The position numbers were made by a program, and so were the translations under genes. 64,000 bases of DNA from an uncultured Verrucomicrobia subdivision 3 bacterium (lineage in GTDB: Bacteria > Verrucomicrobiota > Verrucomicrobiia > Limisphaerales > UBA11358): positions 7,832-71,831 of the forward strand of contig CAISEZ010000045.1 of the NCBI GenBank assembly GCA_903884535.1. Direction: 5' to 3'. The notes under the pieces are model-generated. The model worked only from the letters and a program-made list of their open reading frames with translations. It ran no database searches and was not told the origin of the DNA. Positions 10,320 through 19,717 of the stretch are shown here, one piece after another. The first letter of the stretch is position 1. Every line of letters begins with the position of its first letter.

Positions 10320-11201
10320 TTATTTGAGGTGAGCGTCGAGAAACTTCAAGACGATTGGCCGCAGATCTTGCTGCGGCGGTTGTAAATCAAAGCTATGGAC
10401 GGCGCCGGGAACGATAACCAATTGGTGCTCCACATGAGCCGACGTCAATACCCTGTCGAAATATTCAGATTGCTTCACATTCACCGTGGTGTCAGCCGTG
10501 CCATGCAGGATTAAGATTGGCGGCGAATTGCTGCGCACATAACTCACCGGCGAAGCCGCTCGGTAAAGCTCCGGCGCTTCGGTAAAGGTTTTGCCCAGCA
10601 TCGTCGCGTCGTGATAAGTCGGAATATCGGTGATGCCATACATGTCCACGCAGCATTTTACGTCGCACGAATATTCGGCATAGGGCTGCGGCGGATTCAA
10701 CCCATCCTCCGGCTTTGTCAGGGCGACCATGGCGGCGAGATGGCCGCCGGCAGAACCGCCCAGCACGCCGATGCGGTCGGGATCAATGCCCAGCCGGTCC
10801 GCATTCTTGCGCAGCCAGCGCACGGCGGTTTTGCAATCCCACAAATTGGTCGGCCACACCGCCTGTTTTTTATCGGAAAGAATGTAGTCAATACTCATGG
10901 CCACATAACCGTTCCGGACCAGAGTGCCGCCGATGTTGATCTCGCGTTTCTCGTCCTTGTGGCCGGTGGCCCAACCGCCGCCATGGATCATCACCACGGC
11001 TGGCAGTTTTTTGTCCTTGGGCATCGCGAGGGGAAAATACAAATCGGCCTTCTGTTTGCGCCCTTCCGGCAGGAACGACACGTTGTGCTCGACGCGGATG
11101 TCCGCCGGGAATTCCGGCGGCGCTTTGGGTTTGGCTTCTTGGGCCATGCCCGTGATGGCGAAACTGTAAATAAAGGCGGTGCAGAAAAAAAATATTTTCA
11201 T
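10320..11201 (-). CDS. Secreted alpha/beta-hydrolase (BD-FAE/HSL-like carbohydrate esterase)
   Basis: Signal peptide; IHGGGW, GGSAGG nucleophile elbow, HGTADTTV, GAVHSF. Confidence 0.9.
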   Translation of the reverse strand: MKIFFFCTAFIYSFAITGMAQEAKPKAPPEFPADIRVEHNVSFLPEGRKQKADLYFPLAMPKDKKLPAVVMIHGGGWATGHKDEKREINIGGTLVRNGYVAMSIDYILSDKKQAVWPTNLWDCKTAVRWLRKNADRLGIDPDRIGVLGGSAGGHLAAMVALTKPEDGLNPPQPYAEYSCDVKCCVDMYGITDIPTYHDATMLGKTFTEAPELYRAASPVSYVRSNSPPILILHGTADTTVNVKQSEYFDRVLTSAHVEHQLVIVPGAVHSFDLQPPQQDLRPIVLKFLDAHLK

Positions 11202-11204
11202 AAG

Positions 11205-12215
11205 TCAGGTTTTGGAGGTTGGCTTGCTGTTCGCCGCTGCACTTTGAATTGCCGGCTTGCCTTTGAGATACTGGTCGAAGAACTGAAAGACCAGCGGGCG
11301 CAGATCGCGCTGCTTGGGCTGCAAGTTGAACGTGTGCGGTGCGTCCGGGATGATGACCAGTTCGTGTTCAGCTTTCACTTTGGCCAAAGCGTCGGCCAGT
11401 GATTCGCTTTGCGACATGGGCACCGTCGTGTCCGCCGTGCCGTGCACGATGAGCAGGGGCGCGGCGTTTTTGTGCGCGTAAGTGACCGGCGACGCTTTCA
11501 CATAAAGCTCGGGCGCCTGGGCGCGCGTCTGGTTGAACATCTTCATGTCATGATATTCCATCAAGTTCACCGCGCCGTAGAGATCCACCGCGCAATTCAC
11601 CGCCGAGGAAATTTCACCGTAAGGTTCCGGCAAATCGAAACCGTCCTTCGGCTGCGTGAGCGCGAGCATCGCGGCCAGATTGCCACCGGCGGAGCCGCCG
11701 ATCACGCCGATGTGGTCGGGATCAATGTGCAGCCGGTCCGCATTTTTGCGCAGCCAGCGCACGGCGGTTTTTGCGTCATACACGGACTGCGGCCAGGTCA
11801 CTTCGCCCGCGTGTTTACGCAGGCGGTAATTGATGCTCAGGCAAACGTAACCATCACAAACCAAATTGGTGGCAATGTTGATCTCGCGCGGCCGCGCCTT
11901 GTCGCCATCGTTAAATCCGCCGCCGTGAATGATGATGATGGCGGGCAGCCGGCCTTTCGGCAACTGTAGCGGTGAATAAAGATCCGCCAGTTCCAGACGG
12001 TTGGTTCCGAGATAGGCAATATTGGTTTCCACGTGGACGTTGGTCGGATAAATGGTGGCGGCCAGCGGTTTGATTTTGGTCTCCGATGATTCTTCTGCCG
12101 CTTCGGTGGCCGCGCTCTCGGCTGGCGCAATGCTTGCCTGCGCCTCGGCTGCCGGCGAAATGGATCGCGCAAAAACACCGGCGAGCAACCAGATTGTTGT
12201 CAGGATTTTTTTCAT
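11205..12215 (-). CDS. Secreted alpha/beta-hydrolase, tandem paralog of the preceding esterase
   Basis: Signal peptide; IHGGGF, GGSAGG, HGTADTTV, DAPHTF; shares KTAVRWLRKNADRL with its neighbour. Confidence 0.9.
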   Translation of the reverse strand: MKKILTTIWLLAGVFARSISPAAEAQASIAPAESAATEAAEESSETKIKPLAATIYPTNVHVETNIAYLGTNRLELADLYSPLQLPKGRLPAIIIIHGGGFNDGDKARPREINIATNLVCDGYVCLSINYRLRKHAGEVTWPQSVYDAKTAVRWLRKNADRLHIDPDHIGVIGGSAGGNLAAMLALTQPKDGFDLPEPYGEISSAVNCAVDLYGAVNLMEYHDMKMFNQTRAQAPELYVKASPVTYAHKNAAPLLIVHGTADTTVPMSQSESLADALAKVKAEHELVIIPDAPHTFNLQPKQRDLRPLVFQFFDQYLKGKPAIQSAAANSKPTSKT

Positions 12216-12294
12216 GGAATAAATCTATTTAGCTCCACCTGCAGATTGCTGGCAGATGGTTCGTGGTTTCAGTTATTAATCGTCATTGGATTTT

Positions 12295-14043
12295 TCATCC
12301 GAGGCGGACATTTAGTTTGGCGGTGGCAGATTTTTTGCCATACAAAATGTCGGCGACGGCGCTCAGGTTTTCGCGGCCGTTGGGCGCGAAGCAGACAAGG
12401 CCGGTCGGGAATCCGGCCGGCACGCCGAATTTTTCGTAGGGCGTGTTGGACACGATGACGATGGGCTTTTGGTATTGCTGCATTTCCGCCAGCAAGCCGG
12501 TCATCGTGGCGTGACTGCGATAATTGTAATAGCTCGTCGAGACGATGACGTCGTAATCCAGTTGCTTGAGCCGCTCGTGCACGGCGGCTTTGTCCTGTTC
12601 GGAGAATTTTTCGTTGATCAGCACCAGCGACACGTTGTCCGAGCGCTTTCGCAATTCTTCCCAGAGCATGCCGGGATGCGAATACAAATCATTAATGAAA
12701 GAATGGAAATGGTGAATCTGCTCCACCAACACCACTTTCGTATCGCGTTTGAGCGGCAACGCGCGCTGCTCGTCGCGGAGCAGCACAACGGATTTTTCTG
12801 CGGCTTCTTTTGCGACTGCGGCGACGAACGGCTCGTTGAACGGCTGGCCGGCTTTCGCGGCGTCCACCTTGCCGCCGTTTTGCGCAAGGCCCATGTTCCA
12901 GCGCATTGTCAAAATCCGGCGCACGGATTCGTCGAGTTGTTTCTCGGAGTAACGTTTCGTTTTCACGGCCTCGATGACTTTGGCGATGAGATGTTTCGTG
13001 ACCGGCGATTCGGCGCGGCAGAGAATCAAGTCGCAGCCGGCGAGCAGACAGCGGATGACCGCTTCGCCCATGTCGTATTTTTGGAGCAGGCCGTTCATCT
13101 GGATGTTGTCAGTGGTGACAACGCCCTTGAAGCCGAGTTCCCCGCGCAATAAATCGGTGATGATGCCCCGGTCAGTCGCAGCGGGAATTTCTTCGGAGCC
13201 AAAACACGGATACGCCGTGAACGCCGCCATGATGGTCGGCAGGCCGGCATCAATCAGCGTCTTGAACGGCGCGATGTGCTGGCGCATGAACGTCTCGCGA
13301 TCCAACTTGATCACCGGCAAACCAAAGTGGGCATCCTGATCCGAAGCGCCGCGACCCGGAAAATGTTTCCCCGTGGTGATGATGCCGGCCTCGCTGTAGC
13401 CGCGCAAAGATTGAAGGGCGTATTGCGCCACCACGGCCGGGTCGTCGCTGTAGGCGCGCGGGCCGATCTCGGGATTGAGCGGATTCGTGTTCACGTCGAG
13501 CACTGGCGAGTGAATCATGTTTGCGCCCAGCGCCCGCGCCTGCCGGCCGGAAGCTAATGCGACTTTGTAAGCCAGTTCCGGATCGCCTGAAGCAACAATC
13601 CCCATCGGAAACGGAAACAGCCGTTGGCGGAAAAGAAAATCCGCGCCTTCGCCTTCCTGGTCAAAGGTGAAATGCAAACCGACGCTGTCCTTGCGTTCCA
13701 GCGCGAGGTCGCGCAGCCGGTTCAGCACATCCGCGTATTCCTCCGGCGTGCAATTGATGCGCTTGGTGTAAAGGTCTTCGGGGCGGTAGAAAGTATTTTG
13801 ATCCGGCTGGTCGGCGGGATGAATCGGCGGTTTGCCCGCGAGCGTCACGCGCCATTCCGACGAACCGCCGTGGAATTTCTGCGCGATGCGCAGGCCGCCG
13901 ACATGATACTTGGTGATCAGGTCAACCACATGCGGATTGATCACCGGCCCGGCAAAGCCGAAGACCATGAGCTGGCCGACTTTTTGTTCGAGGTTCAACC
14001 GGCCCATAAGGCCATCGATCCATTTGTTTGCTGCTTCAGTCAT
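12295..14043 (-). CDS. GH3 beta-N-acetylhexosaminidase-like (NagZ-type) glycoside hydrolase, no signal peptide
   Basis: LEQKVGQL, DQEGEG, SPVLDVNTNPLNPEIGPRAY, KHFPGRG...DAH, LRGELGFKGVVTTD. Start moved to ATG 14043 (MTEAANKW) to avoid overlap with the MFS gene. Confidence 0.88.
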   Translation of the reverse strand: MTEAANKWIDGLMGRLNLEQKVGQLMVFGFAGPVINPHVVDLITKYHVGGLRIAQKFHGGSSEWRVTLAGKPPIHPADQPDQNTFYRPEDLYTKRINCTPEEYADVLNRLRDLALERKDSVGLHFTFDQEGEGADFLFRQRLFPFPMGIVASGDPELAYKVALASGRQARALGANMIHSPVLDVNTNPLNPEIGPRAYSDDPAVVAQYALQSLRGYSEAGIITTGKHFPGRGASDQDAHFGLPVIKLDRETFMRQHIAPFKTLIDAGLPTIMAAFTAYPCFGSEEIPAATDRGIITDLLRGELGFKGVVTTDNIQMNGLLQKYDMGEAVIRCLLAGCDLILCRAESPVTKHLIAKVIEAVKTKRYSEKQLDESVRRILTMRWNMGLAQNGGKVDAAKAGQPFNEPFVAAVAKEAAEKSVVLLRDEQRALPLKRDTKVVLVEQIHHFHSFINDLYSHPGMLWEELRKRSDNVSLVLINEKFSEQDKAAVHERLKQLDYDVIVSTSYYNYRSHATMTGLLAEMQQYQKPIVIVSNTPYEKFGVPAGFPTGLVCFAPNGRENLSAVADILYGKKSATAKLNVRLG

Positions 14044-14059
14044 ACGTTGATTTGGTAAA

Positions 14060-15523
14060 TTAATTTTGTGGTTTGCTCGCGGCCAGTTTTCGCGCATCCA
14101 ATTCGGCACGCACTTCATGAGCGTAACGGCGGCTGATCGGGTAACGGATGAAAACCGCCAGCGCCAGCACCGAGAACATGGCCGGCACGGCGCAGTAAGA
14201 CAACTTCATCAAAAAGAGCGTGCGCGAAGTTTGCGCGCCGCCGAGCGTGCGGTCAAAATGGATGAAATCCAGAATGTAGCCCGAAAGCAAAGAAGCCATC
14301 GCGATGCCGACCTTGAACGCCCAACTGTAAAGCGAACCGTAAAGACCTTCGCGCCGGTGGCCGCTGTCGCGTTCGTCTACGTCGCAGATGTCGGCGATCA
14401 TCGCATGGCACAACATGAAGATGGCGGCGTTATCCACGCCCATCATCGCGCCGTTGATGAGCATGCCCCACGGATGCGCCGGGTTCATCAAAAACCACAT
14501 CAGGCCCATGCGCATGATGCCCCAGACGATCGCTGTGAGGAACATCTCCTTCTTGCCGAATCGCGCGGTGAGCCGCGCGATGATCGGAGTGAAAATCATG
14601 TTGCTGACCAGCCAAACCGTGTTGTGACAGGCATAGAGAAAACTACCGGCCTTCTTGTCGCCATCGTTCAAATAATAAACGAAGTTATAAAACCCGAGCA
14701 CCCCGACCATCTGGATGCCCAATTGAATCAGCATGAATGCGACCGTCAGCCGGACGAAGGCCTGGCTTTGGAACGCCGCCTTCGCGCCGGCGAAAAAGGT
14801 GGGCCGGGGTTTGGCGGAAGTCGGTCCCGCGTTGGCGTTGCGTTCCCGCACGAACACCGCCGTCACAATGCCAAACAGCGCGATCATGATGCCGGCGAAA
14901 ACCGTCACCACCCGGAGTCCGGTCGTCGTGGCGTCGCCTTGAAACATGACTAAATGCGTCAACCGATAGAGGTTGTCATTTTTGAAGCAATCCATCTGGG
15001 TCAGCCGATACAACCAGCAGACCAGCATTTGGCCGATGGGGCCGAGAAAACCGGCGAAGGCCATCAGCTTCGTCCGGTTGTCGTAATCCGGGGCCAGTTC
15101 ATAACCCAGCGCATACCACGGCACGGAAAAAGCGCTCAACGAAATGTAATAAAGAAACGCGATGAAAATGAAATAAAGCAGATAGGCATGTGGTGACAGA
15201 CCCCGGGGAAACCACCACAGCGTGGTAAAAAATAATCCGACAAAAATCACGCCCAGAAAAATGAACGGCCGCCGCCGACCCCAAGGGGATTTTGTCCGGT
15301 CGGACACATTGCCAGTCAACGGATCAGTGAAGGCATCAATAAACCGGCCCAGCGCCAGCACCAGACCCATCGCCGTCGGACTGACGCCCAGCAGCACGTT
15401 GTAAATGGGCATGGCCAATTCCCGCGGCGCGAGCTTGCCCATCATGATCGAAATGTTGCCCACGCCGTAACAGAACTTGGTTCTGAACGTCAGCAATTTT
15501 TCGTTGTTGGGCGGCGGGGTCAT
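14060..15523 (-). CDS. MFS glycoside-pentoside-hexuronide (GPH/MelB-like) sugar symporter
   Basis: DAFTDPL.G..SDRTKSPWGRRRPF, MIADICD.DE...G.RREG.Y motifs, many TM helices. Probable start ATG 15523 (MTPPPNNEK). Confidence 0.92.
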   Translation of the reverse strand: MTPPPNNEKLLTFRTKFCYGVGNISIMMGKLAPRELAMPIYNVLLGVSPTAMGLVLALGRFIDAFTDPLTGNVSDRTKSPWGRRRPFIFLGVIFVGLFFTTLWWFPRGLSPHAYLLYFIFIAFLYYISLSAFSVPWYALGYELAPDYDNRTKLMAFAGFLGPIGQMLVCWLYRLTQMDCFKNDNLYRLTHLVMFQGDATTTGLRVVTVFAGIMIALFGIVTAVFVRERNANAGPTSAKPRPTFFAGAKAAFQSQAFVRLTVAFMLIQLGIQMVGVLGFYNFVYYLNDGDKKAGSFLYACHNTVWLVSNMIFTPIIARLTARFGKKEMFLTAIVWGIMRMGLMWFLMNPAHPWGMLINGAMMGVDNAAIFMLCHAMIADICDVDERDSGHRREGLYGSLYSWAFKVGIAMASLLSGYILDFIHFDRTLGGAQTSRTLFLMKLSYCAVPAMFSVLALAVFIRYPISRRYAHEVRAELDARKLAASKPQN

Positions 15524-15539
15524 TTTAATTTGGGTCAAT

Positions 15540-16439
15540 TCACTTTTGCCACGGCGCAGTCTCCGGCAGCGCGGCGCCGAATTCCTCAAGCAACGCCTGC
15601 TGGTATTCGCCGGCAAACGTGCCGCTAAAAAATCGTTCGCTGCCGGTCTCAAAAAAACGCTGCCATGACGCCGCTTCCTTGCCGGGCACAATAGGAAAAA
15701 ATAAAGCGTGGTTGTCCCGCGCAGCCTGCCAATCCCCCGGTGCATCGCCAATCATGAGAATTTTTTCAGGCGCATACCGGTCGCTGGTCGCGCGCTGGAT
15801 TTGCGCAGTCTTCGTCCCGACTTCCTGGCCGGCGATAAAATTCACCAGCCGGTCAAGCTGGTGTTCCTGCCATTCCCGCGCCAAGGCTTCGGCCGACGCC
15901 TGGCTCACCACCATCACGTCCGCTTGGGTGCGGATTTTCTCCAGCGATTCCCGCACCATCGGAAATGGCGGCATGCCGTTCCCCAGCGCCACGACCCGCT
16001 GGTTCACATCCTTGCTCCAGGCGAGCACTCGCGCCAATCCCGCATTGTTGGTGGCTTTGACTTTAGCTTCGAGCGCCGGGTTGCTCAACGGGCCAGCTCC
16101 CTTGAGCCACGCATCCAATGCCGGAATGCCGACCACCGTTAGACCGCGCGCCGCAATTTCGCTACGCTCGCCAATCAGCCGGAGCGCTTTTTGAACAGCA
16201 AAGAAGCGATTGCAGCCGCGATCGCGCGAGTAGAGATTTACAAACTCCCAGACTTCCTCGGCGCACCGGCTGGCCGACTGCAAACCAAAGTGGTGAATGA
16301 AGGCTGGGCCGAAACATTGCCGGTGTTTGATCTCCATGGCATCAAACACGCAGCCGTCACTGTCAATGCCGATGAAAAAATCATGCCGTCGGGGCAGGGT
16401 CTCGATCTTCGCTGCGACATTCAGGTGATCTTTAATCAT
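15540..16439 (-). CDS. HAD-superfamily hydrolase (probable sugar phosphatase)
   Basis: Motif I GIDSDGCVFD, motif II VVSQ, motif IV MIGDAPGD. Confidence 0.88.
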   Translation of the reverse strand: MIKDHLNVAAKIETLPRRHDFFIGIDSDGCVFDAMEIKHRQCFGPAFIHHFGLQSASRCAEEVWEFVNLYSRDRGCNRFFAVQKALRLIGERSEIAARGLTVVGIPALDAWLKGAGPLSNPALEAKVKATNNAGLARVLAWSKDVNQRVVALGNGMPPFPMVRESLEKIRTQADVMVVSQASAEALAREWQEHQLDRLVNFIAGQEVGTKTAQIQRATSDRYAPEKILMIGDAPGDWQAARDNHALFFPIVPGKEAASWQRFFETGSERFFSGTFAGEYQQALLEEFGAALPETAPWQK

Positions 16440-16461
16440 TTTATTCCCGTTAGTGCCGCCC

Positions 16462-17148
16462 TTATTGCAAGCAAGGTGCCACTGCCTGCCGCCAGATCGC
16501 GTAGCCGGTGGCGTTCATGTGCAGTCGGTCGTCAACGTAAATGTCCGGTCGGGGCAAACCGTCCGCGCCGAGCATCAGCGGAAACGTATTGATGAATTGG
16601 ATGTCGTGGTGGGTGCAATAATCGGCGATGAGCGAGTTGACCGTTTTAATTTTATCCGTCTCGGCCCAGCGTTTCGGACTCGGTGGACAGGAAATGAAAA
16701 CCAGTTTTGTTTGCGGCAACGCCTGGCGAAGTTTTGTCATCAGCGCGACGAAATCGCCGAAGACGAGTTTGGGCGGCATGCCAGAGTTGATGTCGTTGCC
16801 GCCGGCATAAATCACCACCTCGCGCGGAGCATACTTGATGACGATGCGATCAGCGTAGGCGCAAACATCGGCCAGATGACAACCGCCGAAACCACGATTG
16901 ACGACCGGCAGACCGGGGAAGTCAGCGGCAAGCGTGGTCCATTTCCGGATATAGGAACTGCCGGTGAAAACGATGCAGCCGCGCGGTGGCGGGTTGGTTG
17001 CATCCGAAGCTTCAAACGCCTTGATGTCCGCCAGCCATTTGGACGCATCGTGTTTGGCCAGCGAGTTTGGCGGTGTCGCGGCGCAGCCGGCGGCCGCCAG
17101 CCAGCCAGCCATGCCGGCGAGGAAAAATATGACCCGGAAGTTTCGCAT
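16462..17148 (-). CDS. SGNH/GDSL-family esterase, exported (possible lipoprotein, AAGC)
   Basis: FTGSSYIRKW, NRGFGG, YAGGND, DRLHMN blocks. Confidence 0.9.
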   Translation of the reverse strand: MRNFRVIFFLAGMAGWLAAAGCAATPPNSLAKHDASKWLADIKAFEASDATNPPPRGCIVFTGSSYIRKWTTLAADFPGLPVVNRGFGGCHLADVCAYADRIVIKYAPREVVIYAGGNDINSGMPPKLVFGDFVALMTKLRQALPQTKLVFISCPPSPKRWAETDKIKTVNSLIADYCTHHDIQFINTFPLMLGADGLPRPDIYVDDRLHMNATGYAIWRQAVAPCLQ

Positions 17149-17151
17149 GGC

Positions 17152-18591
17152 TCAATCTCCTTTTTCGCCGAGGGAACGTTTGTCGGTGCGATTGGTGAAC
17201 GTGCCGTCGAAATAATCCACCAGCGAATAGACGTGTTCGTTCAGCGATTTCATTTCGGCGAGCAGCGGCGCGTAAGGCTCGTAACGGTTGTTGACGATGC
17301 CCTTGTTCGAATCGCGGTTGGAAGGATCAACAGTTTTGTCGTCCAAGTCGTTGTCCGAATATCTGAACCAATGCCAGCCGACGCAGACTTTGGATTCGAG
17401 CAGGCCGAGGGTGAAATTCTGATAAAACTGCCCGCGTTCGCGCTGGGTCTTGACCAGCCAGCCGGCGCCGCCGTTGTTGGGCATGCCGGAATCAATGCCT
17501 TTGGCATACCACTCGGTGATGAGCACCGGTTTCTGCGCTTGGTGCGACCACATCGCGACCTGGCTGTCGGGCGTCCAGACGCGATAATAGTTCACGGAGA
17601 CGACATCCAAAAACGGCCCGATTGCCTTGAAAAATTCCGGGCAACGCAACAGTTCCATGCCATGCAGGCGCGGTCCGAGATAGAGATGGTTGGGATCGTA
17701 TTTTTTGATGGCACTGGAAACGATCCGGAAATAGCGCTGCGCCACGAGCGTGAGAAATTCGCTCTTGTCCCGTTCGGTGATGTCTGCGGTAGCCGCCTTG
17801 GCACCATGCCGCGATTGCAAAAAATCCCACGCTGCCTTGTGGCCCGGATCGCCCGCTGGCAACGCGAGGTAATTGGTGAGCAGGCCGGGCTTGAACGGCA
17901 GTTCGTTGTCGGAGAAATGGCCGAGCAACCACGGATCGTCTTTGTCGGCGGCAAGCTGCTTGGCGTAATCGTCGCAAAAAATTTCAAAAGCCGGATCGAA
18001 AACAAAAATGCAGTCGTTCGGGTATCCCGTGTGGCCGGGTTGCTGGTAGGTGCCGCCGCGTTTTTTTCCATAGCTGCTCATGAAATTCCAAATGGTGGTA
18101 TAGACCAGCGGCTTGGCCACCGCCCGTAGCGGAGTCGTGTCGGACCACGCGCCGACAGCGTTGAAACCGTTTCGTCTGAGCAAGGTCGTTGTGCCCGCCG
18201 CCCAATTTGATTCGCTGCCAAACTTCGCCGCCAGCGCCGCGCGCGCCCCGGGCGTGGGAATCATCTTCACCCCGGCCACGCCGACGTTGAGGCACAAACA
18301 ACCATCGGGATCCACTAGCCACCAGCGGTCGCCGACTTTGGCGGTGTGAAAAAATCCGGTGGCCTTTTCTTTGCGTGCCAGCAGCCCGCCATATTGGCTC
18401 AAGTCGGCATCTGCCGGAGCCGCCGCGACCGCCGGCAAATCGTCCAGCGTGCGCGTAGAAAATGTTTTCCACTCCGCACCGGGCTTGGTCGCCACCGGCA
18501 CCATCCGCGGTGCCGTCGAAGCCGGCACGGCATCGGAAATACCGAGCAGGATGACCGCCAAAGCGAGATTGAATCCAGTTTTCAAATTCAT
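17152..18591 (-). CDS. Secreted GH-A clan glycoside hydrolase, GH50 beta-agarase-like
   Basis: Signal peptide; TGFFHTAK...RWWLVDPDG, DPWLLGHFSDNELPF, DPNHLYLGPR, PVLITEWY, VGWHWFRY. Substrate not determinable. Confidence 0.8.
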   Translation of the reverse strand: MNLKTGFNLALAVILLGISDAVPASTAPRMVPVATKPGAEWKTFSTRTLDDLPAVAAAPADADLSQYGGLLARKEKATGFFHTAKVGDRWWLVDPDGCLCLNVGVAGVKMIPTPGARAALAAKFGSESNWAAGTTTLLRRNGFNAVGAWSDTTPLRAVAKPLVYTTIWNFMSSYGKKRGGTYQQPGHTGYPNDCIFVFDPAFEIFCDDYAKQLAADKDDPWLLGHFSDNELPFKPGLLTNYLALPAGDPGHKAAWDFLQSRHGAKAATADITERDKSEFLTLVAQRYFRIVSSAIKKYDPNHLYLGPRLHGMELLRCPEFFKAIGPFLDVVSVNYYRVWTPDSQVAMWSHQAQKPVLITEWYAKGIDSGMPNNGGAGWLVKTQRERGQFYQNFTLGLLESKVCVGWHWFRYSDNDLDDKTVDPSNRDSNKGIVNNRYEPYAPLLAEMKSLNEHVYSLVDYFDGTFTNRTDKRSLGEKGD

Positions 18592-18629
18592 GCGTCAGTT
18601 CATTATGACACATGTAAAAAATATGCTAA

Positions 18630-18645
18630 CAGAACATTCGTTCTG
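18630..18645. promoter_or_regulatory. Palindromic operator candidate CAGAAC-ATTC-GTTCTG
   Basis: 6-bp inverted repeat 38 nt upstream of the 18591 start, in a divergent AT-rich gap; near-identical copy at 25170. Confidence 0.65.
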
Positions 18646-18730
18646 GTTGTTTTAGACACAAAGAAATGCAAAATATACTTGCGAGAAAGGCTCGCCGTTG
18701 AATATTTGAATCCGCAACTTGGTTTTCCGC

Positions 18731-19714
18731 ATGGCATTTTATTCTTCATTCATTTCGGCTCGGCTTCGGTGGGCCTTGGTTGTCGCCAGCTTTTGTCTGG
18801 CCCCGTTGACGGCTCCCTGCGCCGACCCGGTGGTGCTGACCGTCAACCAAACCCCGGTGACGCGCGATGAGTTCAGTTTTTTCATGCAGCCGGATCGGGA
18901 CGGAATCACGCCGCGCGAGCAGCTCCTTTCAAAAACCGTCGCCCGCGTCACCCGCGAAAAAGTCCGGCAGCAACTGTTCCAGGAACTGGGGCTGATGAAG
19001 GCCACAACCTTCGCGGAATTTCTGGCGCAGGTGGAATCAGTGAACCGTGAGCGCGAACAAGCCGTGAACGCCGGCCGAATTATTTATGGACCCGTGCGGT
19101 TTACGCCGTTGCAATTTTATGGCGACTGGATGGCCAAGCTCGAGTTGCAGGCCCAGAAGCAGCTCGCCACCGGCCGTTTGGCGATGACAGAAAATGAATT
19201 GCGGATATTTTATAAAATGAATCAGTCAATCTACCGGACCACGGAATCCTCCGACTGGGAAATCGTCACGATCCAAAATGCAAATGGTTTGGCATTCACT
19301 AATGCGCTGGTCCAAATGGCGGACCGCATTTTTTGGCGAATGAAACGCGAGGCGAATACGGATCAGATTTGTCGCGAGTCGGGCCGACAAGCTGGAGTCA
19401 GCGTGAAAATTGAGCGCAGCGAAAATCTGTCCAGCGAACATCTAGACGTGCTGTCTGCCGATGAAAATAATTTGGCCGCCTTGAGCCAACTCCGGCCGGG
19501 ATATTGTTTGCGGCTGGAATCCAAACCGGGAGTGATTCAACTGGTGCGCTGTGTTTCCCGCCATGCTTCCACCGTCCGACCTTTTGAAGCCGTGGCTGAC
19601 TTGGTGCAAAAGAAACGGCTTGATCAGAAATATCAGGCTTTGCTCGATGAACTGGCCCGCGCCGCCAAGGTGAAAACCAACCCGGAGGTTTGGGATATAA
19701 TCCGGCGCGAATAA
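18731..19714 (+). CDS. Exported SurA/PpiC-like chaperone (degenerate parvulin-type PPIase)
   Basis: Signal peptide, VLTVNQTPVTRDEF, TENELRIFY, PFEAVADLV...YQALLDEL..AAKVK as in PrsA/SurA-type proteins; catalytic core poorly conserved. Confidence 0.65.
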   Translation: MAFYSSFISARLRWALVVASFCLAPLTAPCADPVVLTVNQTPVTRDEFSFFMQPDRDGITPREQLLSKTVARVTREKVRQQLFQELGLMKATTFAEFLAQVESVNREREQAVNAGRIIYGPVRFTPLQFYGDWMAKLELQAQKQLATGRLAMTENELRIFYKMNQSIYRTTESSDWEIVTIQNANGLAFTNALVQMADRIFWRMKREANTDQICRESGRQAGVSVKIERSENLSSEHLDVLSADENNLAALSQLRPGYCLRLESKPGVIQLVRCVSRHASTVRPFEAVADLVQKKRLDQKYQALLDELARAAKVKTNPEVWDIIRRE

Positions 19715-19717
19715 CCG

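Noticed and set aside
16453-18129. 558-aa plus-strand ORF, and similar long shadows such as 36736..38475
   Set aside because: Lie antisense to well-supported genes and lack protein-like motifs.
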